From assembly GCA_934646115.1 (NCBI GenBank), contig CAKUEM010000001.1:22889-86888 (forward strand): a stretch of DNA of 64,000 bases, written 5' to 3'. Positions 43,891 through 54,270 of this stretch are shown here, piece after piece. The first letter of the stretch is position 1; each line of letters begins with the position of its first letter. The DNA comes from an uncultured Oscillospiraceae bacterium. GTDB taxonomy: Bacteria; Bacillota; Clostridia; Oscillospirales; JAAYXM01. The position numbers and the translations under genes are program-made. The notes under the pieces are model-generated. The model was not told the DNA's origin. It saw only the letters and a list, made by a program, of their open reading frames with translations, and made no database searches.

Positions 43891-46194
43891 ATGAAGCAGT
43901 CAAAACAAAAGCGCGCAAGAAAGAAAAACCCGCGCTCGCTTCGCAAACGGATTTTTCTGCAATGCACGTCCGGATTTTTTATTCTGATCTTACTGTTGTC
44001 CGCCGCATTTTTCACGGCGCAGACAATCTATTCGCAGCGCCTGCGCGACACGCTGTGCGCACAATCGCAGCAGCAGTTTGACACCTCGGTTTCCGCGCTG
44101 GATCATTACCTCGACCAGTTGAAATACACCTATGCGGAGATCGTGTCTGACCCGTCGTTTCTTTCAGTTGTCGATGGCTCATGCGGCGCAAATTATAATT
44201 ACGCCAGCGTGGTGAAAACGATGCGCACCATAGCGTATGGCCGCAAGCAGAATGAATTTATCCCCTATCTGGATTCGCTCTATCTGCTCATGCCGACCGG
44301 TAACCCGATCGTGGCCGGCTCTGAGGGGACATGCGGGCGCGCGGATTTTTTTGCATCTCACTTCCGTTCTGAGCAGTACCCTGAGGAATTTTGGTCTTCA
44401 GAAATGGCAAAGGACTTCACATTTCAGCTCTATGCGCCCGCGGCGTTCCATTCGGCGAATGGCGCGGCAGCCGGCGCCGTGCTGATGCCGATCGCGTATA
44501 AGCTTCCCGCAAACAAAAATTTTCTCCTGCTTTCTACATTTAATTTAAATTCCGCGGTGAATGATCTGCTGCCCGCGCAGGCAGGACAGCTTGTGATCAC
44601 AAATCAGAACGGCGTGCTCTATTCCACCGATCCGGTAGACGACGCGCTGATCACCACCATTGAAAATGCGAACGATCCCGTCACGTTAAACGCGGATCGT
44701 TATATCTACCGCCGCGATTCATCGCTCGGCACGCTGTGCTACTATTATATTATCCCAAGCTCCGCCGTGTTTAGCCCGGCAAACCGCCTGATATGGACCA
44801 TGTTCCTTGTCGGCGTGCTTGTCACGCTGCTTTCTGTGCTGTTCGCTGTGTTCGCGTCGCGGCGCGTATGCAAAGACGCATGCCGGATCACGCAAAAGCT
44901 GAGTGACTGCGTGGTATGCGAAGAGGGCGAGGATGCTGCATTCTCCGGCTATCTGTTTGATTATCTCGACGCGGGGATCAGCGCGCTGGTAGAAAAAAAC
45001 AGAGGCTATGCGGGAATGATCAGCGAGAAGGATTCGCTGCTTCGAACGGTGTTTTTGCAATCGCGCGTGCGCGATATTTACGTCAGCATCGAGGATGCGG
45101 AAAAGCAGCTGAGCATTGCGCAGGCTTATGTTATGATTTATATGCGCGTGCATTATAAAGACGCGTTTTATGAAAGCATTCAGGAGGAGCAAGGCAAGGC
45201 AACCTTCTTCTTAAAGCAGCTGATTGAGCTGTATTTCTCCGCCACTAAGGACGATTGCGTGACATTCCAAATAGAAACTGATCAGATCGTTTCTATCATC
45301 AACACCGCCGCACGCGACGAGGTGATGAATCTGGCGCAGGCAGCGATAAAGAAGCTTGAAAATGAGTCTGACTATGTATTTTTCACCGTTGTGATCTCTG
45401 ATGTGCATCAGGACGTCTCGGCGCTCAAAGCAAATTTTGACCATCTTGCCGAGCTTTCCAAATATGCGCTTCCGGTCATGGAGACCCAGGTCCTCGTGGA
45501 GGGCGAGGTCAAGCAGGGCGCAGGGCGGTTCTACTTCACCGTAGAGCAGATGGAGCGGCTGTCCTCTCTGATGCAAAATGAATCTCTTGATGAATGCCTG
45601 CGCAATTTAAACGAAATTTTTGATTATAATATAAAGAAAGAAGTAAACGGCTTCGACCTTTATCTGCTGTGCACAGAGATCGTCAGCTGCGCGGTCAAGC
45701 TGTTGAACCGCCTGTTCCATGCAACGCCTGCAAGCCTTGGAATCAGCCAGGTCTACGCAAAGCTGGACCGTGCGGTCACCGTGCAGCAATATCAAAAAAT
45801 TTGCGCGCAGTTGGTGGAGCGGGTGGTAGAATACATTCGCATCAATAAGCGCGAGGAGGATTATATCATCAGCTTCATCCTCGATTACGTGGAAAACCAT
45901 TATGCGGAAGATATTTATCTGAACCTGTTTGCCGAGAAGCTCAAGCTGACCGCAGCGTATATTTCTTCTTATTTTAAAGAAAAAATGAGCGTGAATTTAA
46001 GCGATTATGTCAATAGCTTCCGCATCAAGAAGGCGATCGCCCTGATGGAAAATTCACAAAACAAAAACAAGGATATCGCCGCCATGGTCGGTCTGCAAAA
46101 TATCAATACCTTTATCCGCCTGTTCAAAAAATACACCGGTTATACGCCCGGAGAATATAAGAAAAAGCATTATGGCGACAACGGCGCTTCTTAG
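43891..46194 (+). CDS. Membrane-anchored AraC-family transcriptional regulator (2 TM + large sensor region + C-terminal HTH)
   Basis: TM helices lie near residues 25-45 and about 295-320. The C-terminal AraC HTH is YISSYFKEKMSVNLSDY...NINTFIRLFKKYTGYTPGEY. A caggagag RBS is present. Confidence 0.8.
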   Translation: MKQSKQKRARKKNPRSLRKRIFLQCTSGFFILILLLSAAFFTAQTIYSQRLRDTLCAQSQQQFDTSVSALDHYLDQLKYTYAEIVSDPSFLSVVDGSCGANYNYASVVKTMRTIAYGRKQNEFIPYLDSLYLLMPTGNPIVAGSEGTCGRADFFASHFRSEQYPEEFWSSEMAKDFTFQLYAPAAFHSANGAAAGAVLMPIAYKLPANKNFLLLSTFNLNSAVNDLLPAQAGQLVITNQNGVLYSTDPVDDALITTIENANDPVTLNADRYIYRRDSSLGTLCYYYIIPSSAVFSPANRLIWTMFLVGVLVTLLSVLFAVFASRRVCKDACRITQKLSDCVVCEEGEDAAFSGYLFDYLDAGISALVEKNRGYAGMISEKDSLLRTVFLQSRVRDIYVSIEDAEKQLSIAQAYVMIYMRVHYKDAFYESIQEEQGKATFFLKQLIELYFSATKDDCVTFQIETDQIVSIINTAARDEVMNLAQAAIKKLENESDYVFFTVVISDVHQDVSALKANFDHLAELSKYALPVMETQVLVEGEVKQGAGRFYFTVEQMERLSSLMQNESLDECLRNLNEIFDYNIKKEVNGFDLYLLCTEIVSCAVKLLNRLFHATPASLGISQVYAKLDRAVTVQQYQKICAQLVERVVEYIRINKREEDYIISFILDYVENHYAEDIYLNLFAEKLKLTAAYISSYFKEKMSVNLSDYVNSFRIKKAIALMENSQNKNKDIAAMVGLQNINTFIRLFKKYTGYTPGEYKKKHYGDNGAS

Positions 46195-46204
46195 CTTGAC
46201 CGCA

Positions 46205-46237
46205 GGGCAGTATGAAACTTCATGCTGCCCTTTTTTT
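46205..46237 (+). terminator. Intrinsic terminator of the AraC-type regulator gene
   Basis: gggcagtatgaa-ac-ttcatgctgccc followed by ttttttt. Confidence 0.8.
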
Positions 46238-47270
46238 GCTTTTAGGCACGGAAAAGCCGGCTTTGCCGTGGGATCGCTTTGACATGAAGCGTCCGAAGGG
46301 AAGCAAATGCTTGCGTGCAAGCATTTGAATGAGAAGGCGACGGGAAAGGATTGCGCTTTATCCGCTCACGGGCGGATATGCGTGTGATGCGATGCTGTGA
46401 AGACTATGCCAACATCGCGACGGTCATGCGCACTCGCCGTGCTTGCAAAGCTGCGCTTTGTTGCGCCGCGCCCATGGCATTTCGCATTGCTCCTTTGCCG
46501 TATTTTCTCACATATACCGCATCAAGATCCGGCAACGCCCCGCTTTGCCCATTAGTTTTGGCGCTATTCGCCGCATTGCCCTAACGATGCCCCGGCAACC
46601 GATTTTGCCGTGTTCGCCGCACCGACCAACAATGGCACATCGCCTTTACGACCTACTTTTTCGCGCCGCATGGCAGCATAGCGGCGCACCATCTTCACCC
46701 CGCGCGGTGCAACCGTGTTCCCAATAACGCGCCCACAGCGCAGGGTGCGCTCCCTATATTTTAGGCGCAATGCCATCAAAAAACGCTATTATTATCGCGT
46801 GATTTTTCAGCAGTTAACCCAAAGTTTTTCTCGCATATTTCGTGTTTTCTGCCTGTTCCCAACTTCTCTTGTGTAGAATGCACAATGGGTTTCCGTCAAA
46901 AATCGCCCAAATGTTACAAATTTATGAACCCATAATTTTAATATTTTTGTGATGCTTTTTACGCGTTTTTGGTTAAATTGCGACGTTTTTTATAGCATAA
47001 GTTGTTGTAATTAAAAATCAATATCCATTTCTTTAACTTGTCTCCATTTTTTATTATATCCCAATATATCGTGATGAGTTAAATAATTCATCATACATTT
47101 TTGCCAAATAGTCAGTATAATTTTATATGCAGCGAAGGCGCATGCGGCGTTCCGCCGTGGTCCCATGCCGTCTCCTGCCGCGGTATATTGATTCGCCTTT
47201 TTGGAACTGGGTGAATTTCAAAAAGACGGATCAATCGATTTCCACTACAAACAACAGAGGAGTGAATGCA

Positions 47271-48227
47271 TTGAGTAAGACAAACAGTATTGCACCGGCT
47301 GAGGCGCTTCCGGTTCGCCAGCGAGGCGAATTCGCGAAGAAATTCCGTGACGGCAAATATCTTTTTCTGCTCGTCATCCCAACGGTAATCTGTCTCGCCC
47401 TGTTCTACTACCTGCCGATGTATGGTATCATCATCGCATTTATGGATTACAAGCCATTCAAAGGCTTCTTCGGCAGCGAGTGGGTCGGCTTTGAGAACTT
47501 TATGCGATTCTTTAACTACAAGTTCTTCTGGAGAACGTTAAGGAACACGCTGGTTCTTTCCTTCTATTCCCTGCTGTGGGGCTTCCCGGCGCCGATTATC
47601 CTTTCGCTTTTGTTAAACGAAGTGACCAACACGAAGTTTAAGAAATTCGTGCAGACAATCAGCTACATGCCGCATTTCTATTCGGTCGTTGTTGTTGTCG
47701 GTCTGTTTACCATGTTCCTTGCGCCGACCGGCGGCTTGATTACGAACTTCCTCAGCATGCTCGGCGTGAATAACCTGAACATGCTTGCAGATGCGCGTTA
47801 TTTCCGAACCCTATATGTTATGTCTGAAATATGGCAGAACATGGGCTGGGGCGCGATCATATATCTCGCCGCGCTTACCAACGTCGATCCGCAGCTTTAT
47901 GAAGCCGCATACGTCGACGGCGCAAGCAAGGCGCGCTGTCTCTGGAGTATTACGCTGCCCTCCATTGCGCCGACGATCGTTACCATGCTTCTTCTGAACC
48001 TGGGCAGCCTCTTAAATGTTGGCTTCGAAAGAGCGTTCCTGTTCCAGAAGCCTACTACATACGAAACGTCTGAAATTATTTCGACCTATGTTTACAAATC
48101 CGGCTTGCAGTCTAATAATTTCAGCTATGGTACCGCAGTTGGCCTGTTCAACTCAGTAATCAGCCTTGTGCTGCTGATTTGCTCTAACTTTGTTGCTCGC
48201 CACGTCAGCGAGACCAGCTTGTGGTAA
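47271..48227 (+). CDS. Carbohydrate ABC transporter permease (LplB/YteP type)
   Basis: The EAA loop is YEAAYVDGASKARCLWSITLP. There are 6 TM segments. The TTG at 47271 lies 8 nt after agaggag. Confidence 0.85.
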   Translation: MSKTNSIAPAEALPVRQRGEFAKKFRDGKYLFLLVIPTVICLALFYYLPMYGIIIAFMDYKPFKGFFGSEWVGFENFMRFFNYKFFWRTLRNTLVLSFYSLLWGFPAPIILSLLLNEVTNTKFKKFVQTISYMPHFYSVVVVVGLFTMFLAPTGGLITNFLSMLGVNNLNMLADARYFRTLYVMSEIWQNMGWGAIIYLAALTNVDPQLYEAAYVDGASKARCLWSITLPSIAPTIVTMLLLNLGSLLNVGFERAFLFQKPTTYETSEIISTYVYKSGLQSNNFSYGTAVGLFNSVISLVLLICSNFVARHVSETSLW

Positions 48228-48239
48228 GGAGGAGAAAAC

Positions 48240-49112
48240 ATGGTTGGAAAAAAATTCACTGTTGGTTGGTTAATCAGAACTCTGATTCTTTGGTTCATCG
48301 TATTTATTATGCTTTTCCCGCTGATTCATATGATCTCAGTTTCGCTTTCTGATACCGCATCGGTCATGCGCGGTCAGGTTTCCTTCTGGCCGAAGGGCTT
48401 TAACCTTGAAGTCTATAAGAAGATCTTGTCTGACGAAATGATTTATACCGCATATAAAAACACGCTCATGTATGTTATTTTTGGTACGGCGATCTCACTA
48501 TTCGTTCTGGTCACCGGCTCTTACGCATTGAGCAAGAAGCGTTGCCCGTTCGGCAAGCAGATCAACATCCTGATCTTAATCACGATGTTCTTCGGCGGCG
48601 GTATGATCCCGGCTTACCTGGCTCTGAAGTGGCTGCACATGCTCGACACGATGTGGGCGGTTATCCTTCCGTCTGCGCTGACCGCATATAACCTGATTAT
48701 CATGCGTTCCTTCTTTGCGCAATACCCGGCTGAAATCGAAGAATCCGGCAAGCTGGACGGCTTAAACGATATCGGCGTTCTCTGGTATCTGGTTCTGCCA
48801 ACCTCCACCGCGGTTCTCGCTACGATCGGTCTGTTCTGCGCGGTAAGCTACTGGAACTCCTTTATGGCTCCGCTGCTTTACCTGTCTGACAATAAGAAAT
48901 ACCCCTTGCAGATTATCCTGCGTCAGATCGTTATGCAGAGTATCACCGAAAGTCAGGGCGGCACGGGTGAAACCATGAAGGGTACGCAGTTCGCGGAAGA
49001 CGCGATCAAATATGGTACGATCCTTGTGTCAATCATTCCGATCATCGCGGTGTATCCGTTCCTGCAGAAGTACTTCGTAAAGGGCGTTATGATCGGCTCT
49101 GTAAAGGGCTAA
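48240..49112 (+). CDS. Carbohydrate ABC transporter permease (LplC type)
   Basis: EAA-like loop EESGKLDGLNDIGVLWYLVLP. A aaggagg RBS is present. Confidence 0.9.
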   Translation: MVGKKFTVGWLIRTLILWFIVFIMLFPLIHMISVSLSDTASVMRGQVSFWPKGFNLEVYKKILSDEMIYTAYKNTLMYVIFGTAISLFVLVTGSYALSKKRCPFGKQINILILITMFFGGGMIPAYLALKWLHMLDTMWAVILPSALTAYNLIIMRSFFAQYPAEIEESGKLDGLNDIGVLWYLVLPTSTAVLATIGLFCAVSYWNSFMAPLLYLSDNKKYPLQIILRQIVMQSITESQGGTGETMKGTQFAEDAIKYGTILVSIIPIIAVYPFLQKYFVKGVMIGSVKG

Positions 49113-49178
49113 ACCGCGCTCTCTGCGCCGGATTACCATTGCTTTGGTGATTCATCCATCCGGCACGATATTGCATTC

Positions 49179-49219
49179 AACAAGACCGTGGGCGTTTGTC
49201 CCACGGTCTTGTTCTTTTG
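49179..49219 (+). terminator. Intrinsic terminator of the permease operon
   Basis: aacaagaccgtggg-cgtttgt-cccacggtcttgtt forms a 14-bp stem followed by cttttgt. Confidence 0.8.
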
Positions 49220-49574
49220 TAAATAGAATGCACCCTGCCGAAAGTGTGACTTAAAAGGCGAGGCGAAAAATGGCTGATAGAATTGCCGCTGCGTTGAATG
49301 ATGCGCCGTTTGCAGACGGCAGCGCAAGTGGCGCAAGCAGGATACTTCCCTTTATGAGATTTCCCGGCAGCCTTTGTCCGGCGCGGAGCAGGCGCGCTTC
49401 TTATCCCTGCGCTGCCTGTGTTTGGTATTTCCCGCTATACAACGTACCCCCGCAGCCGGGTCTGTGCGGCGCGGGCGGGTCACACCGCTTCACACCCCAC
49501 ATTCTACACGTTGCATAATTCCCCCGCGCTTGCGTAGTATCACCCCCCCCTACGCAGCAGACCGATTTTATCAT

Positions 49575-49610
49575 AAAAAAGCGGACGCCATAGAGCGTCC
49601 GCTTTCATTT
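49575..49610 (-). terminator. Intrinsic terminator of the AGCS gene (bidirectional)
   Basis: gcggacgc-cataga-gcgtccgc is flanked by aaaaaa on the left and tttcatttt on the right. Confidence 0.75.
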
Positions 49611-49643
49611 TACAGATGCAGCGTGCGCGCAGCCTCTGTTTTT

Positions 49644-51044
49644 TTATTTGTTTTTCGCAATGCGCGCAGACTGAAACTCAAAATCGCGTGAAAGGTGAAC
49701 CACCTGATTGCTGAGCAGCAGAAGCCCGATCAGGTTCGGGATGACCATCAGTCCGTTAAACATATCCGCAAGTGACCAGACCAGATCGACCTTCAGCACC
49801 GCGCCCACAAACACAAATGCCACAACGAGCGCCGCATAAATATATACTGCGCAGCGGCTGCGGAACAAATAGCGCACATTCATCTCGCCAAAGAAATACC
49901 AGCCGATAATCGTGGAAAACGCAAAGAAGAACAGGCAAATTGCAATAAAAATCGTTCCAAAATTGCCAAACGACGCGCGAAACGCCGCCTGCGCCAAGCC
50001 GATGCCCACATATGTCCCGGCAAAGCCTTCACCCAGCAGCCCGGAGATCATAATGACCAGCGCCGTCATCGTGAGCACAACAAACGTGTCGATGAACACG
50101 CCGACCATCGCCATATAACCCTGCTCGCCCGGATGATCAACCTGCGCAAGCGCGTGCGCATGCGGCGTGGAGCCCATACCTGCTTCGTTGGAGAACAGCC
50201 CTCGCGCCACGCCATAACGCATTGCCTGCTGCACGCCGATTCCCATCGCGCCGCCAACCACCGCCTGCGGGGCAAATGCGCCTACAACGATCTGGCGAAA
50301 TATCTCCGGAATATACGTTATGTTTCCAAATACAATAATCAGCGAACCAATTACATAAAAGATCGCCATGATCGGGACAATTTTCTCCGTAACCGCAGCA
50401 ATGCGCTGCACACCGCCCATAAAAATCAACGCCGCCAGCAGCGCGGTCACAACGCCGACCCAAACCGGCGAGAAACCAAACGCATTTTTCATCGCGTCTG
50501 CAATGGAATTTGACTGCACCATATTGCCCATGAAGCCCAACGCGAGGATCAAAAATACAGAGAAGCACGCGGCAAGGACCTTGCCAAAGCGGCCCTTGAT
50601 CGCCGCCCGTATATAATAAACCGGACCGCCGACCGCGCGCCCGCCGCGCTCGGTTTTATACCGTTTCGCAAGCGTTGCCTCGGCAAAAATCGTTGCCATG
50701 CCGAAAAATGCGCTGACCCACATCCAGAAAATCGCGCCCGGACCGCCCGCGATCATCGCAGTGGCCGCGCCGGCAATGTTGCCGGTTCCCACCTGCGCCG
50801 CGATCGCCGTTGCGAGCGACTGGAACGACGACATGCCCGACGCGCCCGCCTTCTCACCACGCAGGGAAAATCCGCGAAACATCAAGCGAAACGCTGCGCC
50901 GAATTTGCGCACCTGAATGAACCGAAGCCGGATGGTAAAATACACTCCTGTTCCGAGCAATAAAATCAAAAGCGCCCAATCCCACAGGAACGAATTGACC
51001 GCGCTGACTACCGTCATCAAATACTGCTGCAGTCCTTCTAACAT
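49644..51044 (-). CDS. Alanine/glycine:cation symporter (AGCS family)
   Basis: Motif QVGTGNIAGAATAM and a polytopic architecture. The ATG at 51044 lies 9 nt after gagggga. Confidence 0.9.
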   Translation of the reverse strand: MLEGLQQYLMTVVSAVNSFLWDWALLILLLGTGVYFTIRLRFIQVRKFGAAFRLMFRGFSLRGEKAGASGMSSFQSLATAIAAQVGTGNIAGAATAMIAGGPGAIFWMWVSAFFGMATIFAEATLAKRYKTERGGRAVGGPVYYIRAAIKGRFGKVLAACFSVFLILALGFMGNMVQSNSIADAMKNAFGFSPVWVGVVTALLAALIFMGGVQRIAAVTEKIVPIMAIFYVIGSLIIVFGNITYIPEIFRQIVVGAFAPQAVVGGAMGIGVQQAMRYGVARGLFSNEAGMGSTPHAHALAQVDHPGEQGYMAMVGVFIDTFVVLTMTALVIMISGLLGEGFAGTYVGIGLAQAAFRASFGNFGTIFIAICLFFFAFSTIIGWYFFGEMNVRYLFRSRCAVYIYAALVVAFVFVGAVLKVDLVWSLADMFNGLMVIPNLIGLLLLSNQVVHLSRDFEFQSARIAKNK

Positions 51045-51079
51045 GTAAATACTTCCCCTCATTTGCAAGAATACATTTC

Positions 51080-51108
51080 ATTTTATCTCTTTTTCCGTGC
51101 AACGTCAA
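51080..51108 (-). promoter_or_regulatory. Sigma-A promoter of the AGCS gene
   Basis: Minus strand reads TTGACG (51108-51103), a 17-nt spacer, then TAAAAT (51085-51080). Confidence 0.4.
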
Positions 51109-51244
51109 GAAGAATGAAGCGTTTGCCGCAAGCATTTCATATTTTTTAACGCATAGCGCCCTTTGCCCCGAGCGCCGCGCCCTTTTCCCGGCATGTTCGC
51201 GCCGCCGCGTGAATATATTGCTGCGAGAGGAGGCGCGCCCCTTC

Positions 51245-52777
51245 ATGATTCAAAAAAACTCGGTCTTTTATCGTACCTTCACGCTCACGCTCTCCAATAT
51301 CGCGCTGCAAATCATCGGCTTTGTGTATCGAATTTTTCTCAGCCGCACGACCGGTGCGGAGGGCATGGGCGTTTATCAGCTTGTGATGCCATATTATTCG
51401 GTCGTCCTCGCATTTTGCGTTACCGGTCTTGCGATGGCGGCGTCGCGCCTTTGTGCAAAATATCATGCGCTGGGCGCGCCGCACGCCGCACGGCAGGTGG
51501 TTTTACGCGCGATCCCGCTGTTTTTTGGTCTGTTCTTTGCGGTTGCGGCCTCGGTTACGCTTTATTCCGAGCCGCTTGCTGCTCATATCCTTGGCGATGC
51601 GCGCACACGGCTTTCGCTTTTGATCATTCTTCCCTGCCTGTTTTGCACCGGGATCGAAAATATTTTAAAAAATTATTTTTTCGGCATCGGGCAATTTGCC
51701 CCGCCCATCGCCTCTGAGCTGACCGAGCAAAGCGTGCGCTTTGTCGCGGTCGCGGCGCTGCTGCTCACTTTCCGCCCGCAGGACGCAGGAAGCGCCAGCG
51801 CACTCATCATTTGCGGCATGGTGATCAGCGAAATCGGAAGCGTTTGCATCCTCGGGCGCGCCTATCGCGCCTGTGCGCCGCGCGCGCATACAAATGCCGT
51901 GCCGCGCCCCGCGCTGCGCGAGATCATCGCCATCGCTGCTCCGGTCTCGTTCGCCGCGCTGTGTAATAACCTGCTCGCCTCTGCGAACGCGATTTTGATC
52001 CCGCAGCGGCTGATCGCCTCCGGCATGGATTCCGGCGCGGCGCTCTCCACCTTTGGCGTGCTGTTCGGCATGACGCTGCCGCTGCTGTCGCTGCCCGCGG
52101 CGCTGCTCTCCGCGCTCTGCACCGTGATCGTGCCCACGCTTTCCGAGGGCGCGGCGCAAAAGCGCGCAACCCACCTGCGGCGGCACGCCGGCAAGGTCAT
52201 TCACGTTACCGGGCTGCTCGCCTTTCCTGCGCTCGGCGCGTTTCTTCCGCTCGGGCGCGGGCTTTGCCAGCTGTTTTTCCGCCAGCCGGGCGCGGGCGAT
52301 TTCATGCTCCCGCTCTGCCTCGGAATGTTTTTCTCTTATTATCATCTCAGCCTGACCGCACTGTTAAACGCGCTTGGCATGCAGCGCCGCGCCGCGCGGA
52401 TCACGATCCTCTGCGGCATGGTGCAGCTGATCGGGACCTGGATGGTTGGGCTGCCCGGCGTGGGGATCTGGGGCTTTTTGCTCGGTGCGATCGTGTCTGG
52501 CGTGCTGGGTGCGCTGCTCAGTCTGATCCCGCTCGTGCGCCGGCTGCATTTGCGCATGCGCTGGCGCAACTGGCTGGTCACGCCGCTGCTCGCCGCCGCG
52601 CTCGCCGGAAGCTGTGCGCGCCTGGTCGATCTGTATGCGCGAAACGGCGGCATGCCCGCCGGACTCTCTCTGAGTCTCGCGCTGGCCGCCGCCGTTGTGA
52701 TCGATTTATGCGCCCTGCGCGCGCAGGGCACCAGCCTTCTTTCTTATTTAAAACGGCTCACCGCGCCTGCACGGTAA
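51245..52777 (+). CDS. MOP-superfamily flippase (SpoVB / polysaccharide biosynthesis protein type)
   Basis: The N-terminus NSVFYRTFTLTLSNIALQIIGFVYRIFLSRTTGAEGMGVYQLVMP is typical of SpoVB/MurJ-like proteins. About 14 TM segments. A gagaggagg RBS is present. Confidence 0.85.
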   Translation: MIQKNSVFYRTFTLTLSNIALQIIGFVYRIFLSRTTGAEGMGVYQLVMPYYSVVLAFCVTGLAMAASRLCAKYHALGAPHAARQVVLRAIPLFFGLFFAVAASVTLYSEPLAAHILGDARTRLSLLIILPCLFCTGIENILKNYFFGIGQFAPPIASELTEQSVRFVAVAALLLTFRPQDAGSASALIICGMVISEIGSVCILGRAYRACAPRAHTNAVPRPALREIIAIAAPVSFAALCNNLLASANAILIPQRLIASGMDSGAALSTFGVLFGMTLPLLSLPAALLSALCTVIVPTLSEGAAQKRATHLRRHAGKVIHVTGLLAFPALGAFLPLGRGLCQLFFRQPGAGDFMLPLCLGMFFSYYHLSLTALLNALGMQRRAARITILCGMVQLIGTWMVGLPGVGIWGFLLGAIVSGVLGALLSLIPLVRRLHLRMRWRNWLVTPLLAAALAGSCARLVDLYARNGGMPAGLSLSLALAAAVVIDLCALRAQGTSLLSYLKRLTAPAR

Positions 52778-54086
52778 ACGCTGCGCAAAACCCGCGCTTC
52801 TCGCCCGGCGCAAGCCAAAGCAGATCCCGCCCGGTATTCAGCGCATCAGGCAGCGCGGTCCACGGCTCAACGCAGGCAAATTCCGTCCCCTCCGGCGACC
52901 AGATCACATAATAGCGATATGCGCCCTCCGCCGCCATCAGAATTTGATGCCCCAGCCCAGTCTCCACCGTTGCGCGCAAGTCGGAAAGCTCTGTCGCGAT
53001 CAGATCCGCATCGCCGGAAAACTCGGTCACGCCGTCATAATCATGCTCCCGCATTCCCTCAGACACCGCCAGATACCGGCGCGCATGCAATATCGCGCGG
53101 CTGCGCGCCGGGTCGACGCGGAAATACGGGTGCAGCCCCAGGGAAAACGGCATGCGCTGCGCCGCGCGGTTTTCAATAATCTGTTCGATCGAAAGCGTTG
53201 CGCCGCAAAGCCGATAAGTAAACCGCGCCGCAAACGCAAACGGATACTCCGCGCGCGTTACGGCATTGTCCGAAAGCTCGATCGTAAGCTCCGCCGCGCC
53301 GCGCGTCCTGCTCTCGACCACGCGCCAGGGCAGCTTGCGCGCAAAGCCATGGATCTCCATAGCATATTCGCCGCCTGCGAGCGCATATTTCGCGTCGCGC
53401 AGTCTGCCGCAGCTTGGGAATAAGATCGGGCAGCCGCCGCGCACGCGCTTTTCCGGATCATCCAGCGTGGCGCGGTCAAGATACATCACCTCGCGCCCCG
53501 CGGCGAAAAATTGCGTGCAGATCCCGCCGCGCAGGGGCGCAATCGTCGCCATGCTGCCCGCCGCATCGTCAAACAGACGCACGCTGCCCCAACGGTCGCC
53601 CTCTGCCGGCAGCACACGAAAGCCGCTGAGCGGCGTTTGATACACCGTGGTCTCCATCCCATATGCTGGATCGACCGTCCGCCGCACAAGCTCCCACCCG
53701 CGCGCCTCATAATACGCAGCGGTATGCTCCGTGCGCAAATAAAGGGTTTGGAACCCGCGTGCGCGCGCCATCGCCTTGACATGCGCGATCAGCGTCTGCG
53801 CGATCCCCTGCCCGCGCATCGCCTCCGGCACGAAGAGCGAGCCGAGCCACGGTGTTGCCGCATCGCCCGCCAGATCGTTGTCATACAACGTCGCCGTGCC
53901 GACCGGCGCGCCATCCTGAAGCGCCAGATAGGTCTGCGGCAGGGCGTCCGGGCGCTGCGCCCGCAGCTTGCGCTCCACCGCCGCCTGCGTGACGGACGGG
54001 CGCTCTTCCTTACAAAATGCGCACCAGTTCCATGCCGCCACCTGCGGGATATATTGCGGGTATTCCAAAAGCGATACAATGTTCAT
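52758..54086 (-). CDS. Fusion protein: N-terminal GNAT acetyltransferase + C-terminal aldose 1-epimerase (mutarotase)-like domain
   Basis: The GNAT motif RGQGIAQTLIAHV lies in residues about 1-150. The epimerase-family motifs GGCPILFPSCGRL, HGFAR and GLHPYF lie in residues about 155-440. A ggagga RBS is present. Confidence 0.8.
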   Translation of the reverse strand: MNIVSLLEYPQYIPQVAAWNWCAFCKEERPSVTQAAVERKLRAQRPDALPQTYLALQDGAPVGTATLYDNDLAGDAATPWLGSLFVPEAMRGQGIAQTLIAHVKAMARARGFQTLYLRTEHTAAYYEARGWELVRRTVDPAYGMETTVYQTPLSGFRVLPAEGDRWGSVRLFDDAAGSMATIAPLRGGICTQFFAAGREVMYLDRATLDDPEKRVRGGCPILFPSCGRLRDAKYALAGGEYAMEIHGFARKLPWRVVESRTRGAAELTIELSDNAVTRAEYPFAFAARFTYRLCGATLSIEQIIENRAAQRMPFSLGLHPYFRVDPARSRAILHARRYLAVSEGMREHDYDGVTEFSGDADLIATELSDLRATVETGLGHQILMAAEGAYRYYVIWSPEGTEFACVEPWTALPDALNTGRDLLWLAPGEKRGFCAAFTVQAR

Positions 54087-54243
54087 ACTTTTCCTCCAAA
54101 CCGACAAAAGCTCCCGAATTCGGGAGCTTTTTGATACGCAAAAAGCCTTGCCGCCGACAATCGGCAGTGAATCAAATCCTGCCGGAACGCACCCTCGGCA
54201 GAACGCACCCCAGCAAGTCAGCGCGCTGACCGCGTCATTTTTG

Positions 54244-54270
54244 ATAAAAGCCCCCGAATCGGGGGCTTTT
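54244..54270 (-). terminator. Terminator hairpin after yaaT/ricT
   Basis: aaaagccccc-gaatc-gggggctttt lies directly after the stop at 54273. Confidence 0.65.

Noticed and set aside
49270-49518. An 82-aa ORF with a weak RBS between the permease operon and the AGCS terminator.
   Set aside because: Only the first ~25 residues look protein-like. The rest is Pro/Cys/Arg-rich, low-quality translation. It may be a gene remnant but cannot be supported.
51045-51244. A glycine riboswitch upstream of the alanine/glycine:cation symporter.
   Set aside because: - The likely promoter lies only about 35 nt from the start codon.
- No GGAGAG...CACCGAAGGGGCAA aptamer pattern is present. The weak ctcggggcaa match stands alone.
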